The notes under the pieces were generated by a model. It was not told the origin of the DNA. It did not search any database and saw only the letters and a program-made list of their open reading frames with translations. A stretch of DNA of 64,000 nt, from NCBI GenBank assembly GCA_040954595.2, contig CM082579.2:8669625-8733624 (forward strand). The letters run 5' to 3'. Position 1 is the first letter of the stretch. Every line of letters starts with the position of its first letter. The position numbers were made by a program, and so were the translations under genes. This document shows, in pieces, positions 28,501 to 43,500 of the stretch. This DNA is from Balanoglossus misakiensis. Lineage: Eukaryota; Animalia; Hemichordata.

Positions 28501-31500
28501 GAAAATGCGATGTCACGGCAACGAGGTCACCACATGGTCTTGACTCTGACGTCTTTCAAGTCAATCACCTTACGCGACACACTTACTGATTGGCCGTTAC
28601 CATGGAACAGATTATTGCTAATTAATGCTCATTATTTTCTAATTATTAGCAACGCTCGGGTCATTGCTGAGATCTTTTCTAAATCTTGCATGACAGTACT
28701 GCCCTGTTTTGGCAGTATAACATTAGTCCAGAAGGCAGTAAAGAAACTGTGTCAAATTTCATCTGCTTCCTGGCCCACTTGTATTGTATTTTTTATGAAA
28801 CAGTGTCCTCGTTTTCCGTGTATTGCTGGAAAGACGCTGGTTAGTTTCAGACATTGTAAATGTCAAAGGGAACGTAATTTCCTTCATTTTGAATTCAGCC
28901 GGCAGCTGAACTGCTGAAAAACAAAGGTCTGTGAATCATTGCCCCTGAGGTGACCCTAGGGCCCTTCTCAATATGGCCGCCATCCCTGTCCTCAAGAGCT
29001 CATGGACTCGAAATAGATAGTTGTGCCTGCTTTGTATCGGACACTTGTAGTGTTTATGATTGATGCAAGCAATCTAAATTTGATTACGTGCACGCTGAAA
29101 ATAAGAAATAAATTTGCCACTTCCTTACTATGGAGTGATGTCATTGAGTATTCCGTTTCAGTTTACTGCTTGTAGTGGGTTAATGCAGTGTGTGAGTCAT
29201 CACCTGTCATTTGTCGCAAGAAAAAACAACAACCAACATGCTCTAAATAATCTCCCCAACGTGGCAGCCAGTCATGCTTACTGTATTCAGCTTGGTAATC
29301 CCTCAAGTCAACCTCAGTTTAGAGGAGATAATTGGCTTTGATGGTAAGATGCTATTTTATTGACATTGTTATACTAAAACTTTCTCCTTTGATGGGAGAA
29401 ATTAGTTGTAAATGTGAATTCCCTCGCAGACAGTCACGGGTGTTTGGCTGGAAGCCGTCATCAAGCATTGACTCTGAAATAATTTTATAAATGACACATC
29501 CTGAAATCCTTCAAGATCAGCTGATTGTTAGAGTGGTACTGTGAAGATCTCTGTACTGAATCTTTCAAAAGATGTCAAACACATCTTTGCATGTTGATAT
29601 CTGCAAAGCAAATCTGATTGGTCGTGTTATTCCTTCACCTGGTGTACACCTGTTTGCAGACCATTATCACCAAGGCATTGGCCAATTAGAATCAACATTA
29701 CTAGACCACTGCTCATCCAGTGCTGACTGACTGCAAGTACAAATACAGTGTGTGACTAATTCCCAAACTGCAAAAGTACATGTGACATCCGTTCTATATT
29801 GCAATGAACAGCATGTGGTGTTTGGTAAATTCTGCAGTGCCAGCCTGTCAAACTATGGGCAGTGGGACCTGTGTGCAGCGGTCTTGTTAAAGGTTGTTTT
29901 CGATTGGTCAGTTTCACACTGTCAATTCACTCTTCAAACATGGACAACAGGTGTGTGAATGTTTTAACCTATGAGGACTAAGGCCTTCTGGGGGCACTGC
30001 ACAGTGCTCCTATAGACTGTGAGGGGGCTGTTCATGGTACATGTGGTATGAATGAGGTCAGCGAGCAATGTCATGACACGATACGTGCACTTCCTGTAAG
30101 TAAGGTTGTATAGTACTCCACCTTCGAGCTATATATCTTGACGCCTGCATGACGCCAACATGTCCAATTCTGTTGTACTCTGACTCTGTCCACTACAGTA
30201 GAAGAAAGCAAGGCTTATTATTATGCGATAGGTACACTTCAATGAGTGTCTGATAACAGTGGATGGAGAATGACCTAGTCAACAGAATAGTTGGTTAATA
30301 ATTGTCTTTTCCAGATAAAAAAAAAATAATTTGTGGTGTGATGAACTTCTGCCAACAACTGGGCAGCCTGATAACCTAGAATTTCACCAACACAATGGAT
30401 GTGACACCAATGATGTCTGTAGCTGAATTTCTAATGGTCTTATTCCGAGAAGCATGTTTGTATCAGCTTGGAATGTTCCCACAAACCATACATTTGTATA
30501 TACTGTATGTTTGCCATGGATTTTTGGTATGCATGTTCAGGTGTACATGTACATGTAATCATCATGTATGATTTATAGCAGAAAAACATACTGTTCTATC
30601 ACTGTTTACCCATTGGTATAAATACTACCGGTATAACACAAGTACCAATAATCAATCAACTTATAATGTTAATATTTGGAAACTGTTTGGACGAAGATGG
30701 CAAGCCAGTACATGTACATGCAAAACTACAACTGCTTTCAACTGGATCATTTTTCCATACCTAAAAGGTGAAAACCGGAGTTTGATTTGGCAAAAATCCC
30801 ACCGTAGTCGCAAGTGAACGGTGCCCAGAAACCTTATCTTCAGAAGCAGCTTGGTGGGTCTGCAACTTCAAGGTGTCAGCAGTTATTTGAAAAGATCTCT
30901 GGCAGAGTACAATAGATTTTATCAGGTTTCTTCATCTCTGTCGTTGCAGACCTTTGTGTTGCTTTAACCCAGACCATTGTATCTGACCTTGTAATCTAAT
31001 TGAGCAGTGACTGCTGGTTTTGTCACGCCACAGACACAGCCCCAAGGACAACAAATGATGGTGGATGGGTGGCCTGTGAACTTTGCTGTCTCCCGAGAGT
31101 TCATTCGTGGATTTAGAAGTTGTTCTTGGACCTAGAAGCCCCTAGAGTGAAACGGACACTTCTCTACTAAGGACATGATTTTTCAAGCCAAAAGATACAG
31201 TTTCAATAGAATTTTAACTGGTCCATCCCAAGCAGGAAGGGGTCTTATGGGAGCGCGATACTTATGACCATAAGACCCCTTTCTGCTTGGGATGGCCCAA
31301 CTGATGTCTGGGAGATTATAGCCGCCTTTTCATAATAATATCTCTGCAGAACAATCTTTCCTTTGTGTGCATTTCTCACCCCATTTTAGTAGCATCTCTG
31401 CACGTAGAACCAATACTTAAACCGCAATTCCTCCATCTGTCAGTGTCACCCGTCCATGAACTCTCGCTCAACTGACAGGAGGGGGCAGTGCTCTCTGTGT

Positions 31501-34500
31501 ATATATAATACAACCCCCAGTACCGGGGTAATTGATTTTCAACAAGTAGGTCAATCCAAGGTGTGTTTGTAATTGTACAAAATGGAATTATAGTGTAGCA
31601 GGTGCAGAACACATTATATGTGTCTCTATCTATCGTTTTATCTCTGATTTTTAAGAATTTGATTGATTTATCCGAGCATCAATATATTAAAATGTATCTG
31701 TCACTCAGTCTCGTAATAGTGATATGGGTGTGGGGAAAATTCTACAGTGCACAGGTGTAGTGATGCTTTATCTATTGGATGTAAAGATAATCTATGGTAC
31801 AGTTCCCCCATTGATTGATGCGGCGTTTGGCTTTGATCTACTGCTTGGCCCTCCAGCAATGTGCCATCTCTTCCAGTGGGTGTCATTTTCTCTCAGAGGG
31901 ATGTTTCAGAGTGTTGGTCATTCCTGCCCCCACCTTCGTCGTCCCGATTCCCTGATGTTTTATGTGGTGTGGCTGGACCCCATTTATATGGGAATGGGAC
32001 GAAAGGGGTTTAATTCTAAATCCTTTCACTGCATGCATGTTTCTCACGTGACCACCATATGGGGATAATAGGCTTTACACTTGCCGAGTCGACATTTTAT
32101 CACCAGTGGTTTTTCTGTCTGAAGAAAAATTCAGTGGTGTTTATATCAAAATTAAACAAGGTGACCATGACCTTTTATTCTACCCGTGGACTTGATTTCT
32201 GTTTGTTGAGCTGTGTGCAAAATTTCATGAAAATGACAAAAGTAGAAGTGGGTTTTAGCAGTTTTCAATAACATTCCATGTGTGCACATACTTACATGTA
32301 TACATTTAAATACCTATACTATTAAACATACATGAGCATTACACAAAGTCTGGAGTTGATTTGCACTGTATGATAGCATATGCTTTACAGTGTAATTTGC
32401 AATATATAAGAAATGCTGCAGCATATGACCTTATGTTTCATGATTGCACTAAATGTTTCCCCCCCCCCCCCCCCATTTTTCTGCATGTAGATGGTTATTT
32501 TCTGAAGCGCCACCAGTGTCACTGATGGAGGCCGACAGTGTACTGTGTTTACCTAGTTTTCCTGAAGGCAGTGATTTACAAGGTCTGTCACTAACAGCAC
32601 TTCAGCCAATAAGAATTAGGGATGTTAATACCTCCTCATTCTGAATGATTTTTTTCCCTTTCTGTTTTGCCCTTCATGTTACTGGCAGCTGTGGATTTGC
32701 CTGGTTATATTGAAGCCATATTTGTTTCTGTTCTGCTATATTAGTGGGCAGTTGAATACAGAAAGTGAAAATAATGTTGAAAGACGGCAAATTTTGTGTC
32801 CCTACCCTTCAACCTGAAAATAATTCCTCCAGTTTGTCACTAAAAGTAGTTCCTGTATTGACAAAAAAATTATACAGGGAGAGCTCATTTTCAGTCAGTT
32901 TGTCGTTTGTTTAGGTTAGCTGGGAGGACAAGGTAAACTCATTACATAGATGATGGAACCTCATTACATACTAGATGATTTCCCCATGCAGTGAACGTAC
33001 TTTGTGGCTTGTAATCAGTCGACCTGGTTTTGTATGGAGACATCCAGTTTCACTCCTGTCTGCTCTTAGTGTGATTTACAGAGCAGCTGCTGGTTGGTCG
33101 GTTTCTGGCTCAGGATTTGTGTGTGCATTAGTATGTTCCACACGCATGATCCCCAAAGTCTTACCAGCAGTGTCCAGCATTGCTAATGTGATGGAATCAT
33201 GGCTGTTGACAGTTGCACGACATTGTTGTCCCTTGTCTGGATTAAGTTTTGGAGTTTTGCCAATTAGGTTACATGATCGGATGTGGATGCATATTTTTTT
33301 ATGTCATAAAACTGAGCTCTGTGCATACATACATGTAGCAATGACAGGGACATAGGATACTGTTCATCCATGGAACCATTTTGAATTTCTGATTTATTGT
33401 TGAGCAATGTTTAATGGTATTGTGGTAACCTTGAACCTCTTTTCCATAGTCTGATGGCAAGGACTGCATTCTGTGCCAACTGTCGGAATTCCAGTCCTGC
33501 AGCGAACTGAGGCCAAACTGGGATCACCTACATGCCCGATCGCGAATTCTTTTAATCACATTCAGTCAAATCAAACAACCATTAAAAGTCCCAACTGGTT
33601 GACTATGAATGTGGCATGAATGCATTTTGTATGTATACATGTACCGACACACGAGCTTTTAATGTCAATGACTTCTTGAGCACTGTGGAGCTGCACTGTT
33701 GGTATTTGTGGGGCTTCCTTCATTTACATATCACCCACACTTGTTAGGTGCCCAGCCAACACTGCGGAGGTCACGGGGTCACGCATGACCTCTCCTTACC
33801 AATTGCTATGCAATGTCATGTACAATCTAATAATGGCTCCAGGGATGTTTCAATCACAAGGGATACTTTCATTCATGTTGTCTGACATAAATGCGTTCAG
33901 GGCAATGGCATAGAGATTTGTGTAGTGTGTGTGACATCTCAGAAATATACCCAGTGTAACTTATACACATATGGAGTCAGCATTGTACTAGGTATAGTTT
34001 TGAAATGATATTGCTTAGTTAGCATATGGCATATGGAGGGGAAATATGATCCCAACAGGCTGCATTTAATACCAACAAGCTGGGTAAAAATATCAACGCT
34101 CTCATTTGCACAAGTTTCGAGAAGAGTGAAATAAAGCAGTGGGATTTTACAACAGAAACATGGTTTTATATGCCGAGTACAATATTTGATGTACCTAAAA
34201 ATGATAGATTTATTGTATACCAAAATATTGCAATTTAATACAACCACTGAGTTGGAAAGCCTAGTTTTATCAGGCGAAAATGACGACGCCAGCTGAAACT
34301 GTCAAAAATGGCAGACCAGCAATTTTTAGAGAGCTATTGGTGCTGCATCGGAAATAACCTGGAAATAAAAAGTGCGCAGACCTGACAGTATGTATGTGTC
34401 CAGGTACCTGGACCGTGAATCCCGTACCCTGTTTTTTTGCTATCAATAGTCTAAATTTAGTTGGCAAGGGAAGTGTTTCTTCCTGAGTGCACACATTGTT

Positions 34501-37500
34501 TCTGAAATGTCTACACAAGTGCCTGTACCTGTTTGGACTTGTGAAGCTCATTGAATTTGTATATTTTTTTGGTGAATAAATTAGGTGAATGAGTGACTAA
34601 TGGGTATAAATGGGATACGTTGGTTGATGACTGAAAAATTGTGTGATCAAACTTGTCTACTAGCCTAGTTGTCTGTAATTGAAAATGCCACTAATGATAT
34701 ATTAGAGAGGGGGTCATATTTCGGTCAGAGACCACCATTTCACCCAGTTTCTCTTGATGTAGATAGGAGTTCGTTCATTGTTGATAACAGTGAAGTCTGA
34801 TAAAAGTTTGCATAAGAGGGTTAACCTGCATTACCCGTATCCCTTGAAACAGATGAAGAGTACATTTTCTTTGCAGTTTTTATCCAGTCTTTCTTGGTTA
34901 AAATGCCATCATAAGTTTTATGTTACTGGATAACAATATCCTATTCAATTGGTTCAGACTCCGACATGTTGTATCACATTACTGATGAGTGAAATATGCA
35001 TTCCAGAAGAGAATGGTCACTGTGTGTCGCTTGGGGGCGCTATTACTTGTGTACATTAGACCTCATTATCCCTGCAAAACAAGTAGTGATGATACACAAA
35101 CAGAAAATATTCAAGTGGAGAAAAAAATAAGGAAATAACTAACTGTATGTTGATTAAAGTGAACCCATCGTCGCACCGCGCTTGTGCATAGAAGCCAACG
35201 ATACCATTTATGATCTTTCCTTTTCAGTTGTTTTTGATGTTTTTCATGCATGCTTCTTACTTAAGACATAATTAAGACATCTTCTTGTAGTAGGACTAAC
35301 AGTGTATTTGGATTTGTCTGTTTTTCAGATCAACTCCTGACAGGGATCGGGAAAGGAGAAAGGCAATGGACCAGAGAAAGAGAATTGTGGAGATGAACAA
35401 AGAACAAGATGCCCATAGACCTTTGTTTGATGCCCCAATTAAGGTAAAATATGTTTGCTTGTCAGTGTAAAATTACTGAGTATCACAAGCCACAACCTAA
35501 CGTATCAGCTGCAAGTCAGCCTTTTGTATCATACCTCGAGCACTGGCACAGCCTTGGCACTATATAACTTGTTTTTACATGTCAAGATTTCCCTGTCTTT
35601 CTTCTGTCAGGTCCACGAAACAAGAGATGACATTAGTCGACGGATTCAGAGCACGCTCGGCAGCTTTGATGCCATCCAGCACGATCTGAGTGCCAGAAAT
35701 AACTACAACCTGCTAGGAATCCCTAAGCAGCCACAAACTCCGGTCACCGGCAAGAATGCAGCGGCACCTCCGTTTCCCGACAATCCCTCCAAGCCCTCCT
35801 CGGTGGGCCTCCCCCTGTCCAACGGCACGGGGCGGCTCTCCAACCTGGACGGCAAGTTCGGCGCCCACGACATGATCAAAACCGTGCTGGCGGGGGGCAA
35901 CGCCACCCTCCCCTCTTCCCGGAAGGCGGAGAAGAAGAAGTCGCCGGGATCCAGCAGGAGGAGTGGCGGAGGTGGGAAGGCGAAGCAGGAGTACGACGGA
36001 AAGCACGTCAAGAAAGCGCTGGATCCGCACGTGGCAGACGGTCTTAGTAGCATGGATACTAATAAACACTGCGTGGAGGAGAGCAGGAGGCGGGGTGCGC
36101 CACAGCACGGTGCTAGCCCCCACCATAGAGAGCCCAAGGAGAGGGACTCGACTGCCAACGTCAAAGCGGAGGGGGAGTCCCTCAAGCCGTCTCTGGACAG
36201 GAAAGAGGAGGGGTTTCACTCCCCGCCCCCGGTGGGGAGGCCCCCGCTATTCACGCAACTGAAGCCCAAAGTGGAGAAGTCAGAGTCGAAATCGCCCAGC
36301 AAGGAGGTCGCCGCGGCCAGCGAAGCCAAAGCGGAAGCATTGGCGATGGCTGCATCGTCATCATCGTCTTCGTCCATCAAGCATGGGGACACTGCCAAAG
36401 CCAAGCTTGATGACAGGCCGAATGGTCTGCTGTACAATGGAGTGCCCAAGGAGTTGGAGCAGCCAAAGCCTGAAGGTGTACCAAAGCATGGTCACGCAGA
36501 AAAGTCCTTGTTGAAGAAGACTTTGCCAAAACTATCGCTGCTGCCACAGGTAAGTGCAGTATTGTTCTTTTTTTTACCTAAATCGCAGATATATGGTGAG
36601 TTCAGACTGGCTGTGCTAAGAAACCTTTCCACAACTCCCGACGGAGTGACTGTTGTCTTGCATTCGATAACATGGTCTGCTGTTTCAATTAGGCTGGTTT
36701 AAGAATTTATGAAATATGGGCAATGCAACAAGTGATTCTGGATCGCAAGTATTTCAGTGCTCAAGAGGCAAAAGGACCTGATACGAAACGTAGTGTACTG
36801 TCAACAGAGAGGGACTGTGAAACAGTCAAGCCTTGTGCTGTATGTCCACAGTCAACGTCACAATGCTTGGTTTCAATTCAGTGGCTGTTCAGTGTTGTTC
36901 GAACTCATCAATGGTTTGTGTCTTAAGTCATTGGGGCAGACAGTCAGTCAGTCTGTCTGTCTCACCCACTTCTTTTTAGTACCTAAACTGTGTATAATGT
37001 ATATATGAGATTGGCCTAGAAATTGTTTCAACCTGTTCTCCACAGACCCTGTGTTGCTGGCATTTGAGAACTTCAACACAGGGTTTCTGTTGTGTGAGGT
37101 GGCTCAAGGTTCAAAGGGTTATCGTGTAGTGACTTGAGATAGCCCATCAACTACACACTCAATTAGAGTGGTTTTCTTCTGAAACCCGAGTGTTGCCTGC
37201 GGTTGTCTTGAGTGCGTTTGGGCAGACCCGGCCAACACATGCAACACTGTTCCTGTGAAATTGGAGTGCACTTGGACACAGTCCATAATGAAAGGAAGTG
37301 GAAATAGTTTGTGTTCTTATACTCGGTTAATTGTCAAGTTGTTGACAGATCTGGGTAGATGTGTGTATTCCATTGTGGTGTGTGAAAAATAATGGGGGTG
37401 AAATGATCTTTCTGATAATGTCCTGTGCCTTGCTGTAAATTGCATCGAGAGAGAAGGGGGGGGGGACTGATGAATCATTGAGATTGAGAGTGGTGTGGAA

Positions 37501-40500
37501 TTTGCCTTTGTTTTGAGAATGTTTTCAAGGTGAAGCCATATTTGTCAAGAGTTTGTCTCAGGTTTTACAAAATTGACAGCATGTGTAATGTTTTGGGTGT
37601 TACACTACACTGAACATTCAGCAGTTACAAGTGACCTGGGTCTACGATTTCACAAGTTCAGTCACTCTCTGTCTGTTAAAGAGTTGTAACCTTCAAACAG
37701 AATCCCAAACAATATCCTGGGTGCCACATGTACAGAGTAATACCAGCTGTGTCAGTAAAAAAATTATCTAAAAATAACCTTCGCAGTATCTAAACTGTAC
37801 TGCATATCACATTTATATTGGTTCCAGTAAGGTTATGTGGTATCTACTGGAGGGACATTATCCCATAATTAATATTTGCCCATTCAAGCACTGTTTGTGT
37901 ACAATCAAGATCAGTATCATTTCAAATACCAAAAGGCCAACAATAAAAAGGCTGCAGTAAACTCTTCTAGGGTTTCTGTCGCATGTCATTGCTGTGGTGA
38001 CGTAGTCGTTGAGAAGCGTGTTCGAGTACATACTCATTGTGCCTGGCATCTTGGAAATGTCAATAGTGTGTGATAGAAAGTAAATGTTTCCATCCGCCAA
38101 AAAACAAGCACAGGAAGATATTAGATTGGGTTCCCAAGAATAGTAACAAATTCCACGCGCTTCCGACGTGAATGCTTAATGTATTGAATCGGGAATCCAC
38201 CGTCAGAATAAAAAAAAGGAGAGGAAAGAAACGTTATTCGTCTATTGATGATGCGACTTGTGCCGGTTTCCCCCTCAGCTCGCTTTCAATCTAAAAGGTA
38301 TTGCTTCACTGGGCTAGATATTAAATCAATAGCTGCCGGGGTCGGGAAAGGTCATTTGGGCCCCCGTCATGACTGCGCCATTATCGTCGTAAATCAGCCA
38401 CTCTGGAGCACAGCCTGGCTTAATGGAGAAATATTCCACTGGCAGCAAGTAACATGTGTTCGTGCAGGTGGAGTCGTCGGCAAACTGCCGTGTCTGCTCT
38501 GCAGACGCTGGGAATTAACTGCAGAGCCAGGAAGTATAGATTTTAATTAGGATGTGGTCAAAGTACGTGGGTCTCATGGATTTTCAAATTGCATGAACAA
38601 AAAAAAAGTGAAATTGGTAAGTTGTTGATGGTAATTTGTCAATTAAAGGCGTTCTTGTTTTGGAATGTAGGCAGCGGAGATAATCCTCCTCCATTTGTTT
38701 TAAATGATGAATGTGGTTGGCTGTACTTTGTGAAATGGCTGGCGGAGTCTGACCTGAGACTGCGTCAGGTGATATAACGGACATAAATCTGTCATTTGCA
38801 AGTGCAGAGTTGTTTTTATGGAGTCACCTGACTTTATGTACCGAGACGTTTGCCTGAGTGTTACTGGCCTGAGGATCATTGAACTTTGACACCAGGCCAG
38901 CTGACCCTTGACCTGTGTGAAAACCTCTTGAGAAATATTTTGTGAAACCTTGGTGGCATCGAAAGCAGCAGGGGTCAGTCAGGAGCAGCACTTCACAAAA
39001 TCTTGATTATTAAAGAGGACTTACATGTACACACGGACAATCTAAAAACAGGAAGAAATCTGTGTGTGCTGCTTTTTCTAAACTTAAGTACATTTAGTTC
39101 ACCAAAGAAAGCTGTAATGGACGAATTAGAGTTATCGGAAAGCTATTACGAGCTCAAATTGATTGAGTTCAGTTTAGTGTTTCCCTGGTCAGACATAATA
39201 TGCAGCATGATTATTGCTTTCAATTATCTGTTTCCGTCGGAGTACAATCTATAAAACCGTTCTGACAAGATCAATCAAACAGCTTGATTTTTAGATACAG
39301 TCAATCCATTATTGCACAAGTTTGAGAACGTTTGTAAAGTTGCAATATGTGCTATATGGCTTTTTGTGATCGGAAATGAGACCAGAAGGAAGCAGAATAA
39401 ACTCAATGTTTAACATAATGAGCCTATTTCAAAGATACTGACAAATGTAAGAAGTAAACTGCTTATAAAGCTGTATCGTGCCCAGAGGCAAGATGGCCGC
39501 CATGTCTACCTTTGAACTGAAGAGGGCAGTAGGAAGGTTTTGGAAGTGCAAGAGTAAGCATGATATTGCCATCCATCTTTTTAAATACCTACGGTATTCT
39601 GGGTAATAGTTCCTTTAATTGTGATCTGTATGTAAGTTAGTCATGGTAGTAGTGATATTTCACTTTAATCGTTGCAAGGAGTAAGCGATACGTGTATGTG
39701 ATAGCAGTAAATATATAATACTGAGCAGAATTTATTACTCATGAGTTGAGAGAGGGATAAATGCTTCACATATGCATGCTCGCATTCATGCACATACAAA
39801 TGATACATACATGTAAGTATGTACATACACTTACATGTATACACACACACATACAAACATAATACATACATTAACATACAGAAATACATACACATCCGCA
39901 CACATACAGTCAAGTGTCCTAATGGCAAGATTTATTTGAAGCCCCAATTTATTTGTTACCGTGAAGTTTCTCCTAAATCTACACACAACAGTTCTTTAAA
40001 ACAATCATGAAACATTATAAAAAGTTCAAATGTGAGTATGAGATGCACAGCCTCTTAATCTGTGTGAGATCCACTGAGACAAACTAAAAAGCAAAGACTA
40101 AAGTAAGTATTGCCATGGATTGGATTAGATTTTACTCGTAAAATGCCAAACATAGTCCAGAGGTGCAAATCTAATTTTAACGTAAACGCAGGTTAATCGG
40201 CTCCGACGGTAAATTATTTTTTTATAGCGGAGATTTTCTAATGAAGAGCAGAAACCAAATCAGTCTCTCTAGTCTGGACACAGTGCCGGGCAATTACAGT
40301 GAAAGATTTAAGTCACGATAAATTCATTAGTGTCTGCGTTTTTTTTTTATCGATACAGTCTTTCACAAATTGCTTTTTACTGCGCTGGAAAGCGAGAATC
40401 AAGTACGGCGACCTCAGCGAGTCGGGGGAATTTGTTCCCGAGCCGGCTGAAATTAGATGTCCAATCTCTGATAAACGGATCCACAATCACTCTTGTGCGA

Positions 40501-43500
40501 AGGTTCAAGCAACCACCCAGATACATCATGTCGGATTTTTTTTTCTCTCCTTCGGATTAAGGAAATTCGGCGGCGCGAGATGTCGCGCGATGTTTGTGAA
40601 GCGTGAGTGTACACGGCCGGCCGGGCCATGCCGAGTGAGATTTCCCGTGATTTGTATGCAATATCATGATTCCAATAACCTGCCCAGATGACCCTTAATC
40701 AGAGACTACAGGTTTAATTTCCTTCTCATCCCATCTTCTGCCTCCCCAGGGGGTATACTCTCTCCTCTTTTGAGTCTGATTGCTGCTGCTTGCAAATTTT
40801 TACTACAACAAGATTACGGTCTCATTTCATAGCGTTTGATTACACGTCAGATTGCTTTGGTGGCCCTACTAAATTTCTGCAAATTCGAGGAAAGAAGAAA
40901 AAAAACAGCATTTGACGCAATGATGTTATCAGAGAGCTTTATAAAAGGGCTTTATGACTTCTTGCATTGATTGTGTCAGGGCAGTAACATTTGCCATCTC
41001 TTCTACCCTCCCTCTATCATCTTTATTTTCGGCCTCCGTTAAATCACGGCAAGCTCATTTATTTCTCCAGAGTGTAACTATGGATACTAATGTGCCAATG
41101 AACTCGCCCGGTGCAAGCGTGCATGCCCATGGCAGGGATATTTTCTAATCATGCTAATCTAAAAAGGCCAAGTCTTGATAGTGAGTCTCGATAGCAAAAA
41201 TGGAGACATTATCTGGAGCTCTGGGCCTGTTTGTACACCGTAGTTTCACTATTCCAACTCTTTGATCTGTCTGTAACCATTCTACAAATAGCTCCTATGA
41301 AAACATAATCAGCTGTACGGTACACTGCAGTGTCTGAATTTCATAATGGGTGATTTCCCTAATTTGTAGCTGATAGTGCGGTATTTGCGATTTCAAGCTG
41401 ATTTAACTCATGCTTCCACCTCTCGATAGATATAGCATTCCAGCTCTTAGGTAGATCGGACTGTCACAAGTTGTAAAAGCCTCTGATTAGAAAAATTACT
41501 ATGTGAACCCAAACTGGTCATTCCGTGTCAATTCCCGACAAATCAATGGCAGTCAAGCACATGGTCCCCCCAACACGGAACTGTCAATTCTAACAAGGAA
41601 GGCAAGTCAAATAAATTAGGTTTTATAACGGTGATAGCTTGGCGCCACTGTGCTGTACTTACTAGTCCCCTGTGATTGCTGTTTTAACCCATGGAAATAA
41701 ATGTTCTAATTACTTTCCCATTTATTATTTATCATCCCCCCTGTTTCATAGCCTTTTACACGGACGGCCCCTCAGGACTTACAGCATCACTTATTTTCCA
41801 GCCAACACGGTTCCCAATATTTCTATGGTGTTGTCGGTTTTTGAAACTCATTTGTCCGTATTTTGTTCAAAGGAGAATGAAGGGGTCGTAAATGTGAGTT
41901 TGCCCCTGGGGTTGATTTGAATTTTTAGTCAGGTGTGTGCGGAAGATTAATGACCCAGGATGTGGGCATTTATGAAGACAAATTTTAGATCAATTTAGAT
42001 GCATAAAGAGAGAGAGAGAAATTCCTTGTGTGATGCGATTGCCTGTATGGCCTTCTGTTTGTACTCGTTAATATTCCATAACACTGCAGACATAGTGAAC
42101 TGTGGGTACAAGGGAGGAATTGCCTCTAGCCCTACAGCATGATATTCGTTGTTGAATATTTTGCAGACTTCCATTGGTACGTACGTGCTCCGTGCCGTGT
42201 ACGTTTTTGTGTTCGTCTGGGGTGCTCACAAGTGTATACATGCACAAGTGTGCTTAATTGTGTGCACGTGCATGCATATGTTAGCACTTGCGTGTATGCA
42301 CTCATACAAGTCCACACTCTCAAGAAGATGAATTTCACTGCATGATACATTAATTAACGAAGACACTGAAAGATGTGGCTGAAAGCCTGTATGCAAATAA
42401 GTGAGTTATTTATGATTAATCGTAACAGAAGGATTGATTGATGACATGCACTATTGATGGACAGTTGACAGATTGGATGTTGGCTCGGCTGTTGACCTCC
42501 AATTTCAGGTTGTCTTCTTTAAGCATACTATAGTAGAAGTGATCAATAAACAGTGCTTACAATCGTTTGGAATTTAAAATATTTAATAATAGTCTGTGAG
42601 TATTATTCTGTGGGATAGTAAAAATCTAAGCACTGGTATGTGCAAATTGCAATGGTAGACAATTTTATATTTTCATTACCTCTGCTTCCATCATTATCGT
42701 ATAACTTTCACTTTTATCACTCATTAAAAAGAGAACAATTTGGATAGCTGTCTGCGACACTACCCTGCTGAGTCTATTAAAAGTTCCCTTTTTGTAATTC
42801 GCTTCAGTTATTCTGGTCACACAGCTTCCGATCTTTAAATTTAGAAACTGCAACAGGTGCACATACTGGATCTGTCATCATTATGCATTTTTGAACCCAC
42901 GTCCATGTGGGTGGTAGGGGTTATTCACTCGCCACACATTCAGTACAGTATTTTTATTCGCCAGTTGAAAAAAAACGAAATGCAGTTCTGGGTTTTGTGT
43001 GTGCTGCCAAGCTGTAATAGGCCCGGAGTTTTGGACCGTTGCCTGGTTACGAGCTATTCCCTCCCCTCCCGGCGTCAACAAAGCTGGTACCGCGTCGCCA
43101 TGGAAACACAGTACCACTCGTATGCAATTTGTGGGGAACACTTGAGTGTATTCAGCCAGTTTTGTGGCTTCGTGCGCTGACATTCTCATCGGAACAGATG
43201 GTGTGTGTTTTAATGATCATTAATAGCATCTAGTTGCCGTGGAAAGAGACATGATTTGGCATGGGGCTGCAAATAGACAGCTAGTACACTTTACCTATCA
43301 AAAACAATAAAGACATAGAGGGAAAATAGTGTTTGATATATAGAAAATAGCTACCGCAGGTAGCTATTGTATCTATATAAAATATGCTTTTCCCAACATT
43401 TCCCAGAATGTTCAGTACGTCATCATGCGCGATGATGCCATAATAAAAATCAATATCAGTAGCTGAAATTTTTGCACATCAATTCTGGTAGCCATAATTG

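Noticed and set aside
32059-34570. Possible decayed non-autonomous DNA transposon fragments (also about 1-330, 4590-4770, 39005-39270, 55640-56080)
   Set aside because: The sequence texture is suggestive, but I could not define TIRs, TSDs or second copies.
35703-36449. Antisense and alternate-frame ORFs over AFF exon 3
   Set aside because: Shadow ORFs of a GC-rich exon.
37042-37090. Short hairpin (CCCTGTGTTG/CAACACAGGG); a similar weak one at 12594-12650
   Set aside because: Short and imperfect; probably small repeat relics with no functional evidence.
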